Assembly: GCA_963752595.1 (NCBI GenBank)
Contig: CAVVYZ010000013.1
Location: forward strand, 160,001 to 224,000
Reading direction: 5' to 3'
DNA from: an uncultured delta proteobacterium
GTDB taxonomy: Bacteria; Desulfobacterota; Desulfomonilia; UBA1062
Length of the DNA stretch: 64,000 nt
Shown one piece after another: positions 1 through 9,076 of the stretch (the stretch's first letter is position 1; each line of letters opens with the position of its first letter). Made by a program: the position numbers and the translations under genes. The notes beneath the pieces are model-generated. The model ran no database searches. It was not told the DNA's origin and worked only from the letters and a program-made list of their open reading frames with translations.

Positions 1-504
1 GAGCATGGTAAGCATCTGCGTGTCGATGTCCAGGATAGAGAGTGAAGCAAGCGAGGTATTCCGGGCAAGGGTAAATGCTATGGCCCTTGCCGCACCGCCC
101 GAACCCAGCATCAGGACGTTACGGCCGCCTACCTCCACCCCGGCATCCCGTATGGCTTTGAGCGCCCCGGGTCCGTCCGTGCCCGCACCAAGAAGCTTGC
201 CCTGTGGATGGATAATCGTATTGATCGAGCCGATGGAACGGTCTATCGGGGCTATTTCATCCACATGGTTCATCGCTTCGATCTTATGCGGTATCGTGAC
301 GCTCATGCCGCGGAAATTCTCCAGGGCACGCATGCCTGCCAGGGCATTCTTCACATCCTCCACCCGGAAAGCCACATAGATGAAATCCAGCCCCAGCTCC
401 TGGAAGGCGGCATTGTGAATTGCCGGAGAGAGGCTGTGAGCAACCGGATTGCCGATCACCGCACACACCTGGGTGCTGGTCTTGATTGTCCGAACATCTT
501 TCAT
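1..504 (-). CDS. aroE: Shikimate dehydrogenase (3' end runs off the window)
   Basis: Manual translation from ATG at 504: MKDVRTIKTSTQVCAVIGNPVAHSLSPAIHNAAF...GMSVTIPHK...GSINTI...GTDGPG...LGSGGAARA. These are the AroE HSLSP, SVTIPHK and GxGGAA motifs. GAGGGA SD upstream. Confidence 0.93.
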   Translation of the reverse strand, partial: MKDVRTIKTSTQVCAVIGNPVAHSLSPAIHNAAFQELGLDFIYVAFRVEDVKNALAGMRALENFRGMSVTIPHKIEAMNHVDEIAPIDRSIGSINTIIHPQGKLLGAGTDGPGALKAIRDAGVEVGGRNVLMLGSGGAARAIAFTLARNTSLASLSILDIDTQMLTML

Positions 505-559
505 AACAAGTCCCTCATACAACAAACGACATGACAGTGAATCGATTCTCCAAAGGGTG

Positions 560-1180
560 TTATTCCTTGGCTTTCTGGGACTTTTCACCCGGATTTCCGG
601 TGCCGGCCAGGCGGAAGAGCTCGCTGCTTACACCGGTATCGAACCGGTAGCCCTTGAGCCGGATATCGCTCTGGTTCCCTGTTGCATCCTTGAGCAGGAT
701 CCTCTTGATGGCATGAGACCTTTCCGTCCATACCGTGATGTGCCCCGAACCGCCTTTGGGATAGAGGAAGAGGGCCTCATCGCTCTCCTTGATCTCATAC
801 CCTTCGCCGATGGTATCAAGGCCGGAGAAGAAGCCCAGGACATTCTGGGTCGCCATTTCCGGGGGCAGCTCCTGGGTCTGGGTGGTACCTTCCTCGGGGA
901 GGTGGACCATAACCGTCTGTCCTTTGAGGATAATGACCTGCCGCTGGGGCGAGGATACATCCATCCGGACGCCCGTATGGCGTTTGTAGGAGACCTTGCC
1001 GGTGAAATGCACGGTCTTGTTCACGAGGCTCTGATACGTGTCCTGGGTGAAGTTTACGGTGAAGTCCTCATACTTTTTGTAGAAGTTCTGTATATTCTTC
1101 AGGCTCTCTGCATGCAGGGAGCCCGCAGCAAAGCAGATGAATATGGTCATTACGATACTAGTCTTCCAGTTCGGTTGCAT
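560..1180 (-). CDS. lolA: Outer-membrane lipoprotein carrier LolA family protein
   Basis: Signal peptide, FTVNFTQ...G.V..KR...RMD...P..Q pattern, C-terminal D..GN...I...F motif; lies directly downstream of ftsK (known ftsK-lolA linkage). Confidence 0.8.
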   Translation of the reverse strand: MQPNWKTSIVMTIFICFAAGSLHAESLKNIQNFYKKYEDFTVNFTQDTYQSLVNKTVHFTGKVSYKRHTGVRMDVSSPQRQVIILKGQTVMVHLPEEGTTQTQELPPEMATQNVLGFFSGLDTIGEGYEIKESDEALFLYPKGGSGHITVWTERSHAIKRILLKDATGNQSDIRLKGYRFDTGVSSELFRLAGTGNPGEKSQKAKE

Positions 1181-3407
1181 ATGACGTTACCAATACCTTT
1201 CGTGGTTTTCCCGCTGTATCTGACGGGCCTATGATTCCTTCGCGCTCCATCTGTTCCACGATGCGGGCTGCCCGGTTATACCCGATCCTGAATCTCCGCT
1301 GGATCAGGGATATGGAAGCGCTCCCCTTGCTGGTGACGAATTCCAGTGCCTCATCATAGACCGGATCGTATTCTTCATTCAGGGTCGAGCCACCGCCGTT
1401 ACCGTTACTGTCCTCGTCTGCGAGCCGGGCTATCTGATCGCCGAGGCCTTCGATGTATTCCGGACCGCCCTGCTGCCTGATGAAATCCACCACCTGATCG
1501 AGCTCATCCTCGGAGACAAAGGCCCCGTGAATGCGAGTAAGCCCGGAGCTTCCCGGGGTGAGGAAGAGCATGTCTCCGAGGCCCAGGAGCTGGTCTGCTC
1601 CTGAAGAGTCGAGGATGGTCCTCGAATCTATCTTCGAGGAGACCCTGAAGGAGATCCGGGAGGGGAAGTTGGACTTGATCAGGCCGGTGATCACGTCCAC
1701 GGAAGGCCGCTGGGTTGCGACGATCATATGGATTCCGGCTGCGCGTGCCATCTGGGCAAGCCGTGCGATATAGGTTTCCACCTCGCGGTTGACCATCATG
1801 AGATCTGCCATCTCGTCGATGACGATGACGAGTTTGGGCAGCAGACCGGTCTTTTCATGCTCGTTCTTCAGCGTTGCCAGAGTGGGGCATGTTTCCTTGG
1901 TATTTTTCTTCACTTTTTTGTTATATGAATCGACCCCTTTGACGCCTAAGTCTTTGAACCATTCATAGCGCATCTCCATCTCGGCCACGGCCCACTTGAG
2001 GACCGGGATGGCCTCCTTGGGATTGACCACGACCGGATAAAGCAGATGGGGGATGCCTTCATAATGGGAGAGCTCGATCCGCTTGGGGTCGATCATGATG
2101 AATTTCAGCTCGGCAGGGTCGTTGCGATAGAGGAGCGAGAGGATCATGGTGTTCAGGCCCACGCTCTTGCCCGTGCCGGTAGCGCCTGCGATGAGCAGGT
2201 GCGGCATCTTCTCCAGGTTCGTCACGACGGGGATGCCTTCGATATTGCTCCCGAGCGCTAGCGTCAGCGGCGAGTTCGACATGACGAACTCCTTGCTGGC
2301 AAGGGTGTGCTTCAGGTAGACCATCTCCCGCGATCGGTTGGGGATCTCGATGCCCACGGCATTTTTCCCCGGTATGGGCGCCACGACGCGGACCGGCGAT
2401 GCCTTGAGCGCCATGGCGAGGTCGTCTGCCAGGGAAACGATCTTGTTGATCTTGATCCCCGGGGCAGGGGTGAATTCATACATGGTAATGACCGGGCCCG
2501 GCTTGATTTCGAGGATCTCTCCTTCCACCCCGAAATCCTTGAGTTTGCCGATGATGAGCGTTGCATTCGCCTTGAGCTCTTTCTCGGTGATCACCCGGTT
2601 TTTTGACGGGGGCTTGCTGAGGAGGGACAGCGGAGGCAGCTGGTAGTTATTCACGAAGTCGAGCGTCGCCTGCTTCGGAATCTCCGTAATGATCTTATCC
2701 TCTCGACCTGAACCGGAAATGGTGATCTGCGGTTCTTTCTTGCCTGCTTTGCTCGTTTTTGCAGGCGGCTCGTCTTCGATCTCTTCGGATCCCTTTTTCT
2801 GGGGCTTCGGCTTCGTGCGATTTTCCAGCTCCTTGCGCCGTACCCGCACTTCCCAGTTTTCTCTGAGCGCTCCGGTGAGGTCCTTTATCGTATGGTACGG
2901 GGTGGCGAAATCATAGCCGATCAGCGCCCCTGCACACAGGAGCATGAGCAGCAGCATGAGCGACCCCCATGCATTGAGGTACTTGTACAGCGCTCCGCCG
3001 ATGATCTTCCCGAGCAGCCCTCCGGAAGGCATGGTGGTTGAGAAGAGAGAGATATCTTTCATGAAGATATCCAGGAGACCTAAAGTCGAAAAAAAGAGGA
3101 TGAAGATGCTTAATCCTTTGACCCAGCCGGCCGATGCCGTCTTCCTGAAGAACCTGACCGAAAATTCTGCCAGAAAAAGGGGAATGATCAGCGCCGTCAC
3201 CCCGAAGAGGATGTAAAGCCCGTTAGCGGTATACGACCCGATGATTCCGATCCAGTTGTTGATCTCTTTGACCTTCTGATAATGGGAAAAGCTCGGATCC
3301 GATGGATCATACGATATGAGGGACAGGAAGAGGAAAACGGCAATAAAGAGTATGAATATCCCCGGGATAGGGAAGGGGATCCTCGTTTCTTTATTCTTTT
3401 TTGCCAT
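1158..3407 (-). CDS. ftsK: DNA translocase FtsK (4TM + motor + gamma domain)
   Basis: N-terminal TMs with NWIG; PHLLIAGATGTGKS, MIDPKRIEL, IDEMADLM, ATQRPSVDVITG; gamma domain SISLIQRRFRIGYNRAARI. Confidence 0.97.
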   Translation of the reverse strand: MAKKNKETRIPFPIPGIFILFIAVFLFLSLISYDPSDPSFSHYQKVKEINNWIGIIGSYTANGLYILFGVTALIIPLFLAEFSVRFFRKTASAGWVKGLSIFILFFSTLGLLDIFMKDISLFSTTMPSGGLLGKIIGGALYKYLNAWGSLMLLLMLLCAGALIGYDFATPYHTIKDLTGALRENWEVRVRRKELENRTKPKPQKKGSEEIEDEPPAKTSKAGKKEPQITISGSGREDKIITEIPKQATLDFVNNYQLPPLSLLSKPPSKNRVITEKELKANATLIIGKLKDFGVEGEILEIKPGPVITMYEFTPAPGIKINKIVSLADDLAMALKASPVRVVAPIPGKNAVGIEIPNRSREMVYLKHTLASKEFVMSNSPLTLALGSNIEGIPVVTNLEKMPHLLIAGATGTGKSVGLNTMILSLLYRNDPAELKFIMIDPKRIELSHYEGIPHLLYPVVVNPKEAIPVLKWAVAEMEMRYEWFKDLGVKGVDSYNKKVKKNTKETCPTLATLKNEHEKTGLLPKLVIVIDEMADLMMVNREVETYIARLAQMARAAGIHMIVATQRPSVDVITGLIKSNFPSRISFRVSSKIDSRTILDSSGADQLLGLGDMLFLTPGSSGLTRIHGAFVSEDELDQVVDFIRQQGGPEYIEGLGDQIARLADEDSNGNGGGSTLNEEYDPVYDEALEFVTSKGSASISLIQRRFRIGYNRAARIVEQMEREGIIGPSDTAGKPRKVLVTSYATELED

Positions 3408-3429
3408 CTAGGATCCTTTCAGGGTATCG

Positions 3430-3438
3430 ATTATACCA
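3430..3438 (-). promoter_or_regulatory. Extended -10 element (TGgTATAAT) upstream of ftsK
   Basis: Minus strand reads TGGTATAAT ~23 nt before the ATG, followed by an AAGGA SD. Confidence 0.5.
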
Positions 3439-3562
3439 TAGAATACCCCTGCAGCCCAGCAATTTACGGGAAAGTCGAAAAAGCTGCGGCATTGTACAGT
3501 CCATACCAAAATTATCAGAGAAATCAAGCTTTCGATAAAAAGTCATCCGATGAGCCTTAATC

Positions 3563-5179
3563 CTAAATCTCCATGATGATGGGAATCACCATGGGTTTTT
3601 TCCCGAGGCGGGCTTTAAGCCGTATGCCGAGGGCCTCGCGGAGGCGGTTCTGCAGTGACTGGACATTGATCTCTTTCTCCAGGCACGAATCAAGGACTTC
3701 ACCGGCGTGGCTCCGGATATCGTCTATGAGCTCCTGCTCCATGCTCGCCGGCACGACCCCCTTGCACATGATATCGGGGCCGAGTACGACAAGAGGCTTG
3801 CCCGAGTCGATAACCACAAAGGCAACCACGAGACCGCCCTCGGATATGTGCCTGCGGTCCCTGAGCACTACATCCCGGATGTCACCGGTGAGTTCTCCGT
3901 CCACGAAGCACCTGCCGTGAACGGTTTCTCCGGTCATCTGCATGCCGTCCTGCCCGATCGTCCAGATCTGTCCGGGCTTGGCCAGGACGGTATCTGCATC
4001 GAGCCCGGGCAATGCCTCCACGATCTCGGCCAGTGCCTTCATGTGTCTGAGTTCGCCATGGATCGGCATGACGATCTCGGGCTTCAGGAGGGTAACGGCC
4101 CTGCGAAGCTCTTCCTGAGGCGCATGGCCCGTGGCATGGACCTCAGCGGTATCAGGATAATAGACCTTTGCGCCGAAATCGATCAGTTTATCTATGCACC
4201 GGGTGATGGCAAGCTCGTTTCCAGGGATGATCCGTGCCGAAATGATCACGCTGTCCCCTTCCTTTACCTTGAACTTGTGCCACCCCCTGGCAATGAGCGA
4301 CAGCACAGAATAGATCTCTCCCTGGGTGCCGGTGCAGATGATCAGGACCTTGCCCCTGTCCATGGAGATGATCTCTTCAGGTTTGATCACATCCCGCGGA
4401 TCGAAGCTTAAGGCTCCCAGGTCGGTTGCAATATCCACCACCTGATTCATGCTCCTGCCGATGATCGCGATCTTCCTTCCGTTTTCCACGGCCAGGTCGT
4501 AGAGCATCTGGATCCGGCGCACATGGCTCGAGAAGGTCGATACCACGACGCCACCCGAGGTTTTCTTGACGATCGCTTCCAGCGATTTCCGGACCCTGCT
4601 CTCGTCTGCGTACCGCGGGTTCACTTCTGCATTGGTGCTCTCGCACATGAAGAGCTTCACATCATGCCCGAGGGTGCCGTACTCAGGGGGCGCTTCTTTC
4701 AGGTCTCCCGAATGGACGATCTTGCCCTGGGGAGTCTGGATGCTTAAGGAATAGCATCCCAGGGTGGAGTGTGACACCTCGATGAAGGTGATCTCCATTC
4801 CTGCAAGCGTTATCTTCTGACCCGGAAGGACGCTTTGAAGCTCGATAGGGCCTTCCATATCAAACTCCCGTAGCTTTCTCTTGACGAGCTCGAGGGTAAA
4901 GGGATGGCCGAATACCGGAATAGGCGCGTCTTTGAGGAGATAGGGCAGGGCGCCGACATGGTCCTCATGCCCGTGGGTGAGGATAATGCCTTCGAACGCC
5001 TCCTGATTCTCCTTGACATACGTAAAGTCGGGGATGATCTGATCGATGCCGGTGGGATTGAACTTAGGGAACATCAGTCCTGCATCCACGAGGATCGATC
5101 CGGTGCCGGTTTCGATGACCGTTGAGTTGAGTCCGAATTCCCGGACTCCCCCCAAGGGTATCACACGTACAAAGCTCAA
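3563..5179 (-). CDS. rnj: Ribonuclease J (metallo-beta-lactamase/beta-CASP)
   Basis: IPLGGVREFGLN, DAGLMFP, THGHEDH, HSGD, CESTN, TGTQGE, HATGHA, PIHGE, VLRDR. TTG start at 5179 after a GGAG SD, overlapping the upstream stop; the ORF-track start at 5335 is probably too long. Confidence 0.93.
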   Translation of the reverse strand: MSFVRVIPLGGVREFGLNSTVIETGTGSILVDAGLMFPKFNPTGIDQIIPDFTYVKENQEAFEGIILTHGHEDHVGALPYLLKDAPIPVFGHPFTLELVKRKLREFDMEGPIELQSVLPGQKITLAGMEITFIEVSHSTLGCYSLSIQTPQGKIVHSGDLKEAPPEYGTLGHDVKLFMCESTNAEVNPRYADESRVRKSLEAIVKKTSGGVVVSTFSSHVRRIQMLYDLAVENGRKIAIIGRSMNQVVDIATDLGALSFDPRDVIKPEEIISMDRGKVLIICTGTQGEIYSVLSLIARGWHKFKVKEGDSVIISARIIPGNELAITRCIDKLIDFGAKVYYPDTAEVHATGHAPQEELRRAVTLLKPEIVMPIHGELRHMKALAEIVEALPGLDADTVLAKPGQIWTIGQDGMQMTGETVHGRCFVDGELTGDIRDVVLRDRRHISEGGLVVAFVVIDSGKPLVVLGPDIMCKGVVPASMEQELIDDIRSHAGEVLDSCLEKEINVQSLQNRLREALGIRLKARLGKKPMVIPIIMEI

Positions 5180-6438
5180 TGAATTTCTCCTGACAATTGC
5201 TTGATGCGGGAACTCAAGACCAGTTCCGCATCGGATATGTCGCTGACTTTCTGCTGCGGTAGGGGGATATGGGGCAGGGTAAGGGCCTCGCCGATCCTTA
5301 CCTTTACGGGGGTCCGCTCTATAGTCGATTCCCACCGGGGCATCAGTGAATAGGACCCGGATATGCCCACTGGGATGACCGGCTTTCCCAGCGCGAGGAC
5401 AAGGCGCATGGTGCCGCGTTTGAAGGGAAGCAGCCGGTTGTCCCAGGTCCTCTCGCCTTCAGGATATATGCCCAGGATGTGTCCCTGCTGGATGATGCGG
5501 ATGGCATTGCGCACGGCCTGCGTGTCGATAGTATACCGCCTCACGGGAAAGCCCCTTGCATGCCTGATTGCCCAGGTGAGGAGCGGGTTCCTGAGTTCGG
5601 AATTCTTGGCCATGAACCAGATGTGCCGCTTTGGGAATGCGCCGAGGATAATGGAATCCAGAAACGACGTGTGGTTCGAGAGAAGTACGGCGGCCCCGGT
5701 TCCAGGTATGTTGTCGAGCCCCTCGATGTGGACGGAGAACAGCGCCTTGACAATGGGCCTGGCGATTGTCCTGACCACGGCCAGGGGTATGCTCGAATCC
5801 ATAGCGTACCACTTCTTCACCGGCACGCTTAAAGTTTTATGGCCCGGTGCCTTTGATGGTTTTTCTTTGAGTGCGCTCTCGAACTTAAGCCGGGGGTAGA
5901 ACTCCACGATCTTCCCCGGCGAATGGTGCTCGGTCAAGGCCTTGCGGATGAGGTCTTCCCACTTTTTCCCGGATTCGTTCTGAAAATCGAAAAACAGGAT
6001 CCCATGCCCGCGGCTGATGAGGATGATCGTATTCGATTCGATAGTGACCCCGCAGAGATCGTCAAAGGGCAGCGTAAAAGCTTCTTTGCCGCCGGTGAAG
6101 ACAAGCTCGCCCGTCTTCAGGATGAGCGGGCCCTCATCGGAGACCGACCTGGTGAAGTGGGTAGCAAACACGCCTGCAAAGCCCCGGAATATTCCTCTCG
6201 TTGCTTCCCGGGAGAGGATCACCCGATTGCCCATGAGAATCGTACCGGCATGATCCGAGGGCAGGCCAAAGGAGCGGGTCTTGTCATACCAGTGCCCAAC
6301 GGTGTTCTTCTCTCCGTTGATGGATATCTCCGAGCGGGAGATAATCTGAACATGCCCATGGCAGAGGGTGCACCGCCCGCCGGCGAGCCAGTCGAATTCG
6401 CCGCACAAAGGGCATCGATAGAGGATGTCGGTAATCAT
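5176..6438 (-). CDS. PlsC-family lysophospholipid acyltransferase with N-terminal Cys-rich extension
   Basis: C-terminal half has NHTSFLD (HxxxxD), FMAK, FPVRR, IYPEGER and PFKRG. The first ~200 aa begin CPLC...CTLC. Confidence 0.88.
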   Translation of the reverse strand: MITDILYRCPLCGEFDWLAGGRCTLCHGHVQIISRSEISINGEKNTVGHWYDKTRSFGLPSDHAGTILMGNRVILSREATRGIFRGFAGVFATHFTRSVSDEGPLILKTGELVFTGGKEAFTLPFDDLCGVTIESNTIILISRGHGILFFDFQNESGKKWEDLIRKALTEHHSPGKIVEFYPRLKFESALKEKPSKAPGHKTLSVPVKKWYAMDSSIPLAVVRTIARPIVKALFSVHIEGLDNIPGTGAAVLLSNHTSFLDSIILGAFPKRHIWFMAKNSELRNPLLTWAIRHARGFPVRRYTIDTQAVRNAIRIIQQGHILGIYPEGERTWDNRLLPFKRGTMRLVLALGKPVIPVGISGSYSLMPRWESTIERTPVKVRIGEALTLPHIPLPQQKVSDISDAELVLSSRIKQLSGEIH

Positions 6439-6441
6439 AGG

Positions 6442-6625
6442 CTAAAAAGTATAGCCTAATTTTATCGAGTTGTACACCTCTTCCATGAGGGTGTTTACAT
6501 CCTTGTCATGCGGGTCGACAGGCGTGCTGATGTTCAAAATGATTTTCCCCGGCCTAATCCTCTTGCCGTGTTTCGGCAGGACTTCACTGGAGCCGGCCAC
6601 TATATGGGAAATGTGAGGTAAGATC
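6442..6625 (-). pseudogene. Probable 3' remnant of a second PlsC-type acyltransferase
   Basis: Frame reads ...VAGSSEVLPKHGKRIRPGKIILNISTPV..., resembling the PlsC C-terminal GS..VLPK....IRPG.I.V.I..P stretch. No HxxxxD or PEG motif upstream; stop lies 3 nt from the next ATG; AT-rich. Confidence 0.45.
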
Positions 6626-6762
6626 ATAATAATAACAAATATATATGAGCCTGCAGCAGAGGGTGTGGTCCAGAACATGAGGTACTTTTACAAAAGATTT
6701 ACATTAATGTCAAACGTTCGGAAAGATTGAAGAAAAAAATGGCAGTAAATAAGGGGGGAGCG

Positions 6763-7095
6763 TCAGTCTTTGCCGGTGAGCACGCTCATGAGGTCGTTCA
6801 TCATTTCTTCCCGGGTGCTGATGGCGCTGAGCACGGCTTCGAAACCCCGCTGGGCAAGGATGATATCGCCGAATTCTTCGGGGAGGTCGACATTCGAAGT
6901 GAAGTGGCCGTCCTCGGTGGGGACGCCTTCCACGGTCGATCTGGACGTCACCGTATCGACGCTTCCGCGGGCACCCTCGGTGATCTTTGTTCTGATGGAT
7001 TTATAGTCCTGGGTGTTCATGTTGGCCATGTTGGACGAGGCGTTGGAAAGAAGGATTTCATTCGCGCGGAGCCCTGACAATAATATATCCGACAT
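6763..7095 (-). CDS. Small flagellar basal-body rod/hook-like protein (N- and C-terminal rod motifs only)
   Basis: SGL.A.......SSNMANMNT.DYK at the N-terminus and SNVDL.EE...II.AQR.F.A....I...EEM at the C-terminus; ~110 aa. Confidence 0.8.
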   Translation of the reverse strand: MSDILLSGLRANEILLSNASSNMANMNTQDYKSIRTKITEGARGSVDTVTSRSTVEGVPTEDGHFTSNVDLPEEFGDIILAQRGFEAVLSAISTREEMMNDLMSVLTGKD

Positions 7096-7113
7096 AATCT
7101 CACCCTTGCTCAT

Positions 7114-7140
7114 GTATCGGTTGAACGGCTATAATCTTGA
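7114..7140 (-). promoter_or_regulatory. Putative sigma28 (FliA) promoter
   Basis: Minus strand TCAAG-N14-ACCGATAC, close to the TAAAG-N14-GCCGATAA consensus, ~20 nt upstream of the rod-like gene. Confidence 0.55.
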
Positions 7141-7142
7141 AT

Positions 7143-8622
7143 ATGAAAAAGCCGGGATTGCTCGAAAAGCTCATTGTGGCCTACGCGGTATTCGTCATTG
7201 TTCTCCTGGGCCTTGCGGTTTTCCTCGTGTACGTATCCTCCAGACTGGGCAATGTCTCTGCAGATATCTACTACCTGGACCAGCATAAAAAGGAGGTCAC
7301 GAATAATCTCATCAGTGACCTCATTTCCCTGGAAGAGACCGGTAAGCAGTATCTTCTCCTGCAGAAGGAGTCCTACAAGACCCTGATAGGAGAGCAGGAA
7401 GAAGCGATAACCCGTGCCTGGGAATACCTCTGCCTGGATGGTGTGTGCGTCAAGCAGGATGAGATCAGAGCGGTGAGAAAGGGCATACAGGTATGGGGGA
7501 CATACATCGAGCGTTTCCATGCGCAGCTTTCCGATCCGCCGAAGGACTTGCGGAGCCTTGACAGGATATTCAAAGAAAACAGCAAGGACATGGACAGCAT
7601 GGTCAAGGTTGTGCGTCTGGTCAATACGGGTGTACTCGAAATCCCTCGATGAAAAGATCGTTTTTCTGAAAGGGCTCGGCGAACAGATCAGGCTGTTCAC
7701 CTGGTGGGCACTGGGCATTGCAGCCACCATAGGACTGCTCATCCCGCTCCTCATCTATAAGAGCATCACCAACGATCTCGTGTCCATCAGGACCGGGATC
7801 AAGCATATTGCACAGGGTGACTTCTCCTACAGGATACCCTTGTATTCGAAAGACGATCTGGGTTTGCTTGCCGAATCATTCAATGTCATGTCATTGCGCC
7901 TGAAGGAGCTCGACAACATGAAATCCGAGTTCATTTCCATTGTCTCCCATGAGCTCAAGACCCCGCTGACCTCGATGAAAGAAGCGGCAAACCTCCTCAA
8001 GGAAGGGGCGGTCGGTGAGTTGAATGAAAAACAGACGAGGCTCATCACCATCATGGAGCAGGGGATAAGCAGGCTTCTCCAGATGATCGCCGAGCTTCTC
8101 GAGATATCGAAGCTCGAGAGCGGCATGGTGGACCTTCGGATCGAGGCGCATGAGATAAACGATGTGGTTTCGGGATTCATTTCCGAGATACACCACTATG
8201 CCGAGAAAAAAGGGATACATATCCGGGTCAGCTATCTGCCCGACGGATTCAACGTGCTCATGGACAGAAACAAGATTGTCCGGGTGTTGACAAATCTGAC
8301 TCATAATGCCATCAAGTACTCGGATGACGGCTCTGAGATAGAGCTGCGGGTCAATCTGGAAGACGATCATCTTATTGTCGAGATCGAGGATCATGGGAAA
8401 GGGGTTCCGGAAGAAGATATTCCTTTGATATTCGAAAAATTTTACCAGTCGAAGGCAACAAGAGGACACAGTGGGATAGGTCTCGGGTTAGCTATCTCCA
8501 AGAGCATTGTCGATGCTCACGGGGGCAAAATATATGCAAAGAGCACTGTCGGTAAGGGGAGCACGTTTTCTTTCACTCTGCCTGTTCATCCTCACATTAC
8601 TGCAGACAGGCTGCACGGCTAG
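7143..8622 (+). CDS. Membrane sensor histidine kinase (TM-periplasmic-TM-HAMP-HisKA-HATPase), one frameshift near 7638
   Basis: ORFs 7137..7652 and 7519..8622 join at ...GVL/KSLDEK. Motifs: HAMP DDLGLLAESFNVM, SHELKTPL, NLTHNAIKYS, DHGKG, FEKFYQ, GIGLGL. Confidence 0.9.
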
Positions 8623-9076
8623 TCTTTTCACCAACGAGCTTGCGAAAGCCGAAGGCAGCCTTTCCATGGGCAAGCCCATGGGAGAGCAGATGAAGATGAC
8701 ACCTTTCCTGGCACCGCCGTCCGTGAAGGCCAGGCACACCATTGCCATGGCCGTAGATTCCTCACTCAGCGATAAATACGATGAGAACGAGGCTGCAGAA
8801 GCCAGGAAGAATCTCGCTCAAATCAGAAAAGACAAGCTTTTGCCCCAATCCATCAAGGTTGAGGCCGGCTATGTACTCGAACTTCTCGAAAAGATCGAGG
8901 GCTTCAAGCGCCAGATGAAGATAGCTTCCCAGCAGAAAGAGAAATTGGCAGCGGAGAACGACAAATTGACAGCAGAGAACGACAAGATGAAAAGCGTGCT
9001 GGAGGAGTTGAAGTACAAACTCGAAAAGATCGAAGAAATCCATATCAAGACCGAGATGAAACGGGGCAAGCAATGA
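8534..9076 (+). CDS. Putative lipoprotein with C-terminal coiled coil, between kinase and regulator (QseG-like position)
   Basis: Hydrophobic signal ending LLQTGC; helical coiled-coil tail (LEELKYKLEKIEEI); ATGA overlap with the regulator. Confidence 0.65.
   Translation: MQRALSVRGARFLSLCLFILTLLQTGCTASLFTNELAKAEGSLSMGKPMGEQMKMTPFLAPPSVKARHTIAMAVDSSLSDKYDENEAAEARKNLAQIRKDKLLPQSIKVEAGYVLELLEKIEGFKRQMKIASQQKEKLAAENDKLTAENDKMKSVLEELKYKLEKIEEIHIKTEMKRGKQ

Noticed and set aside
6355-6415. CTLCH as a heme c attachment site in the acyltransferase
   Set aside because: No export signal, and it pairs with the upstream CPLC, so a Zn ribbon is the better explanation.
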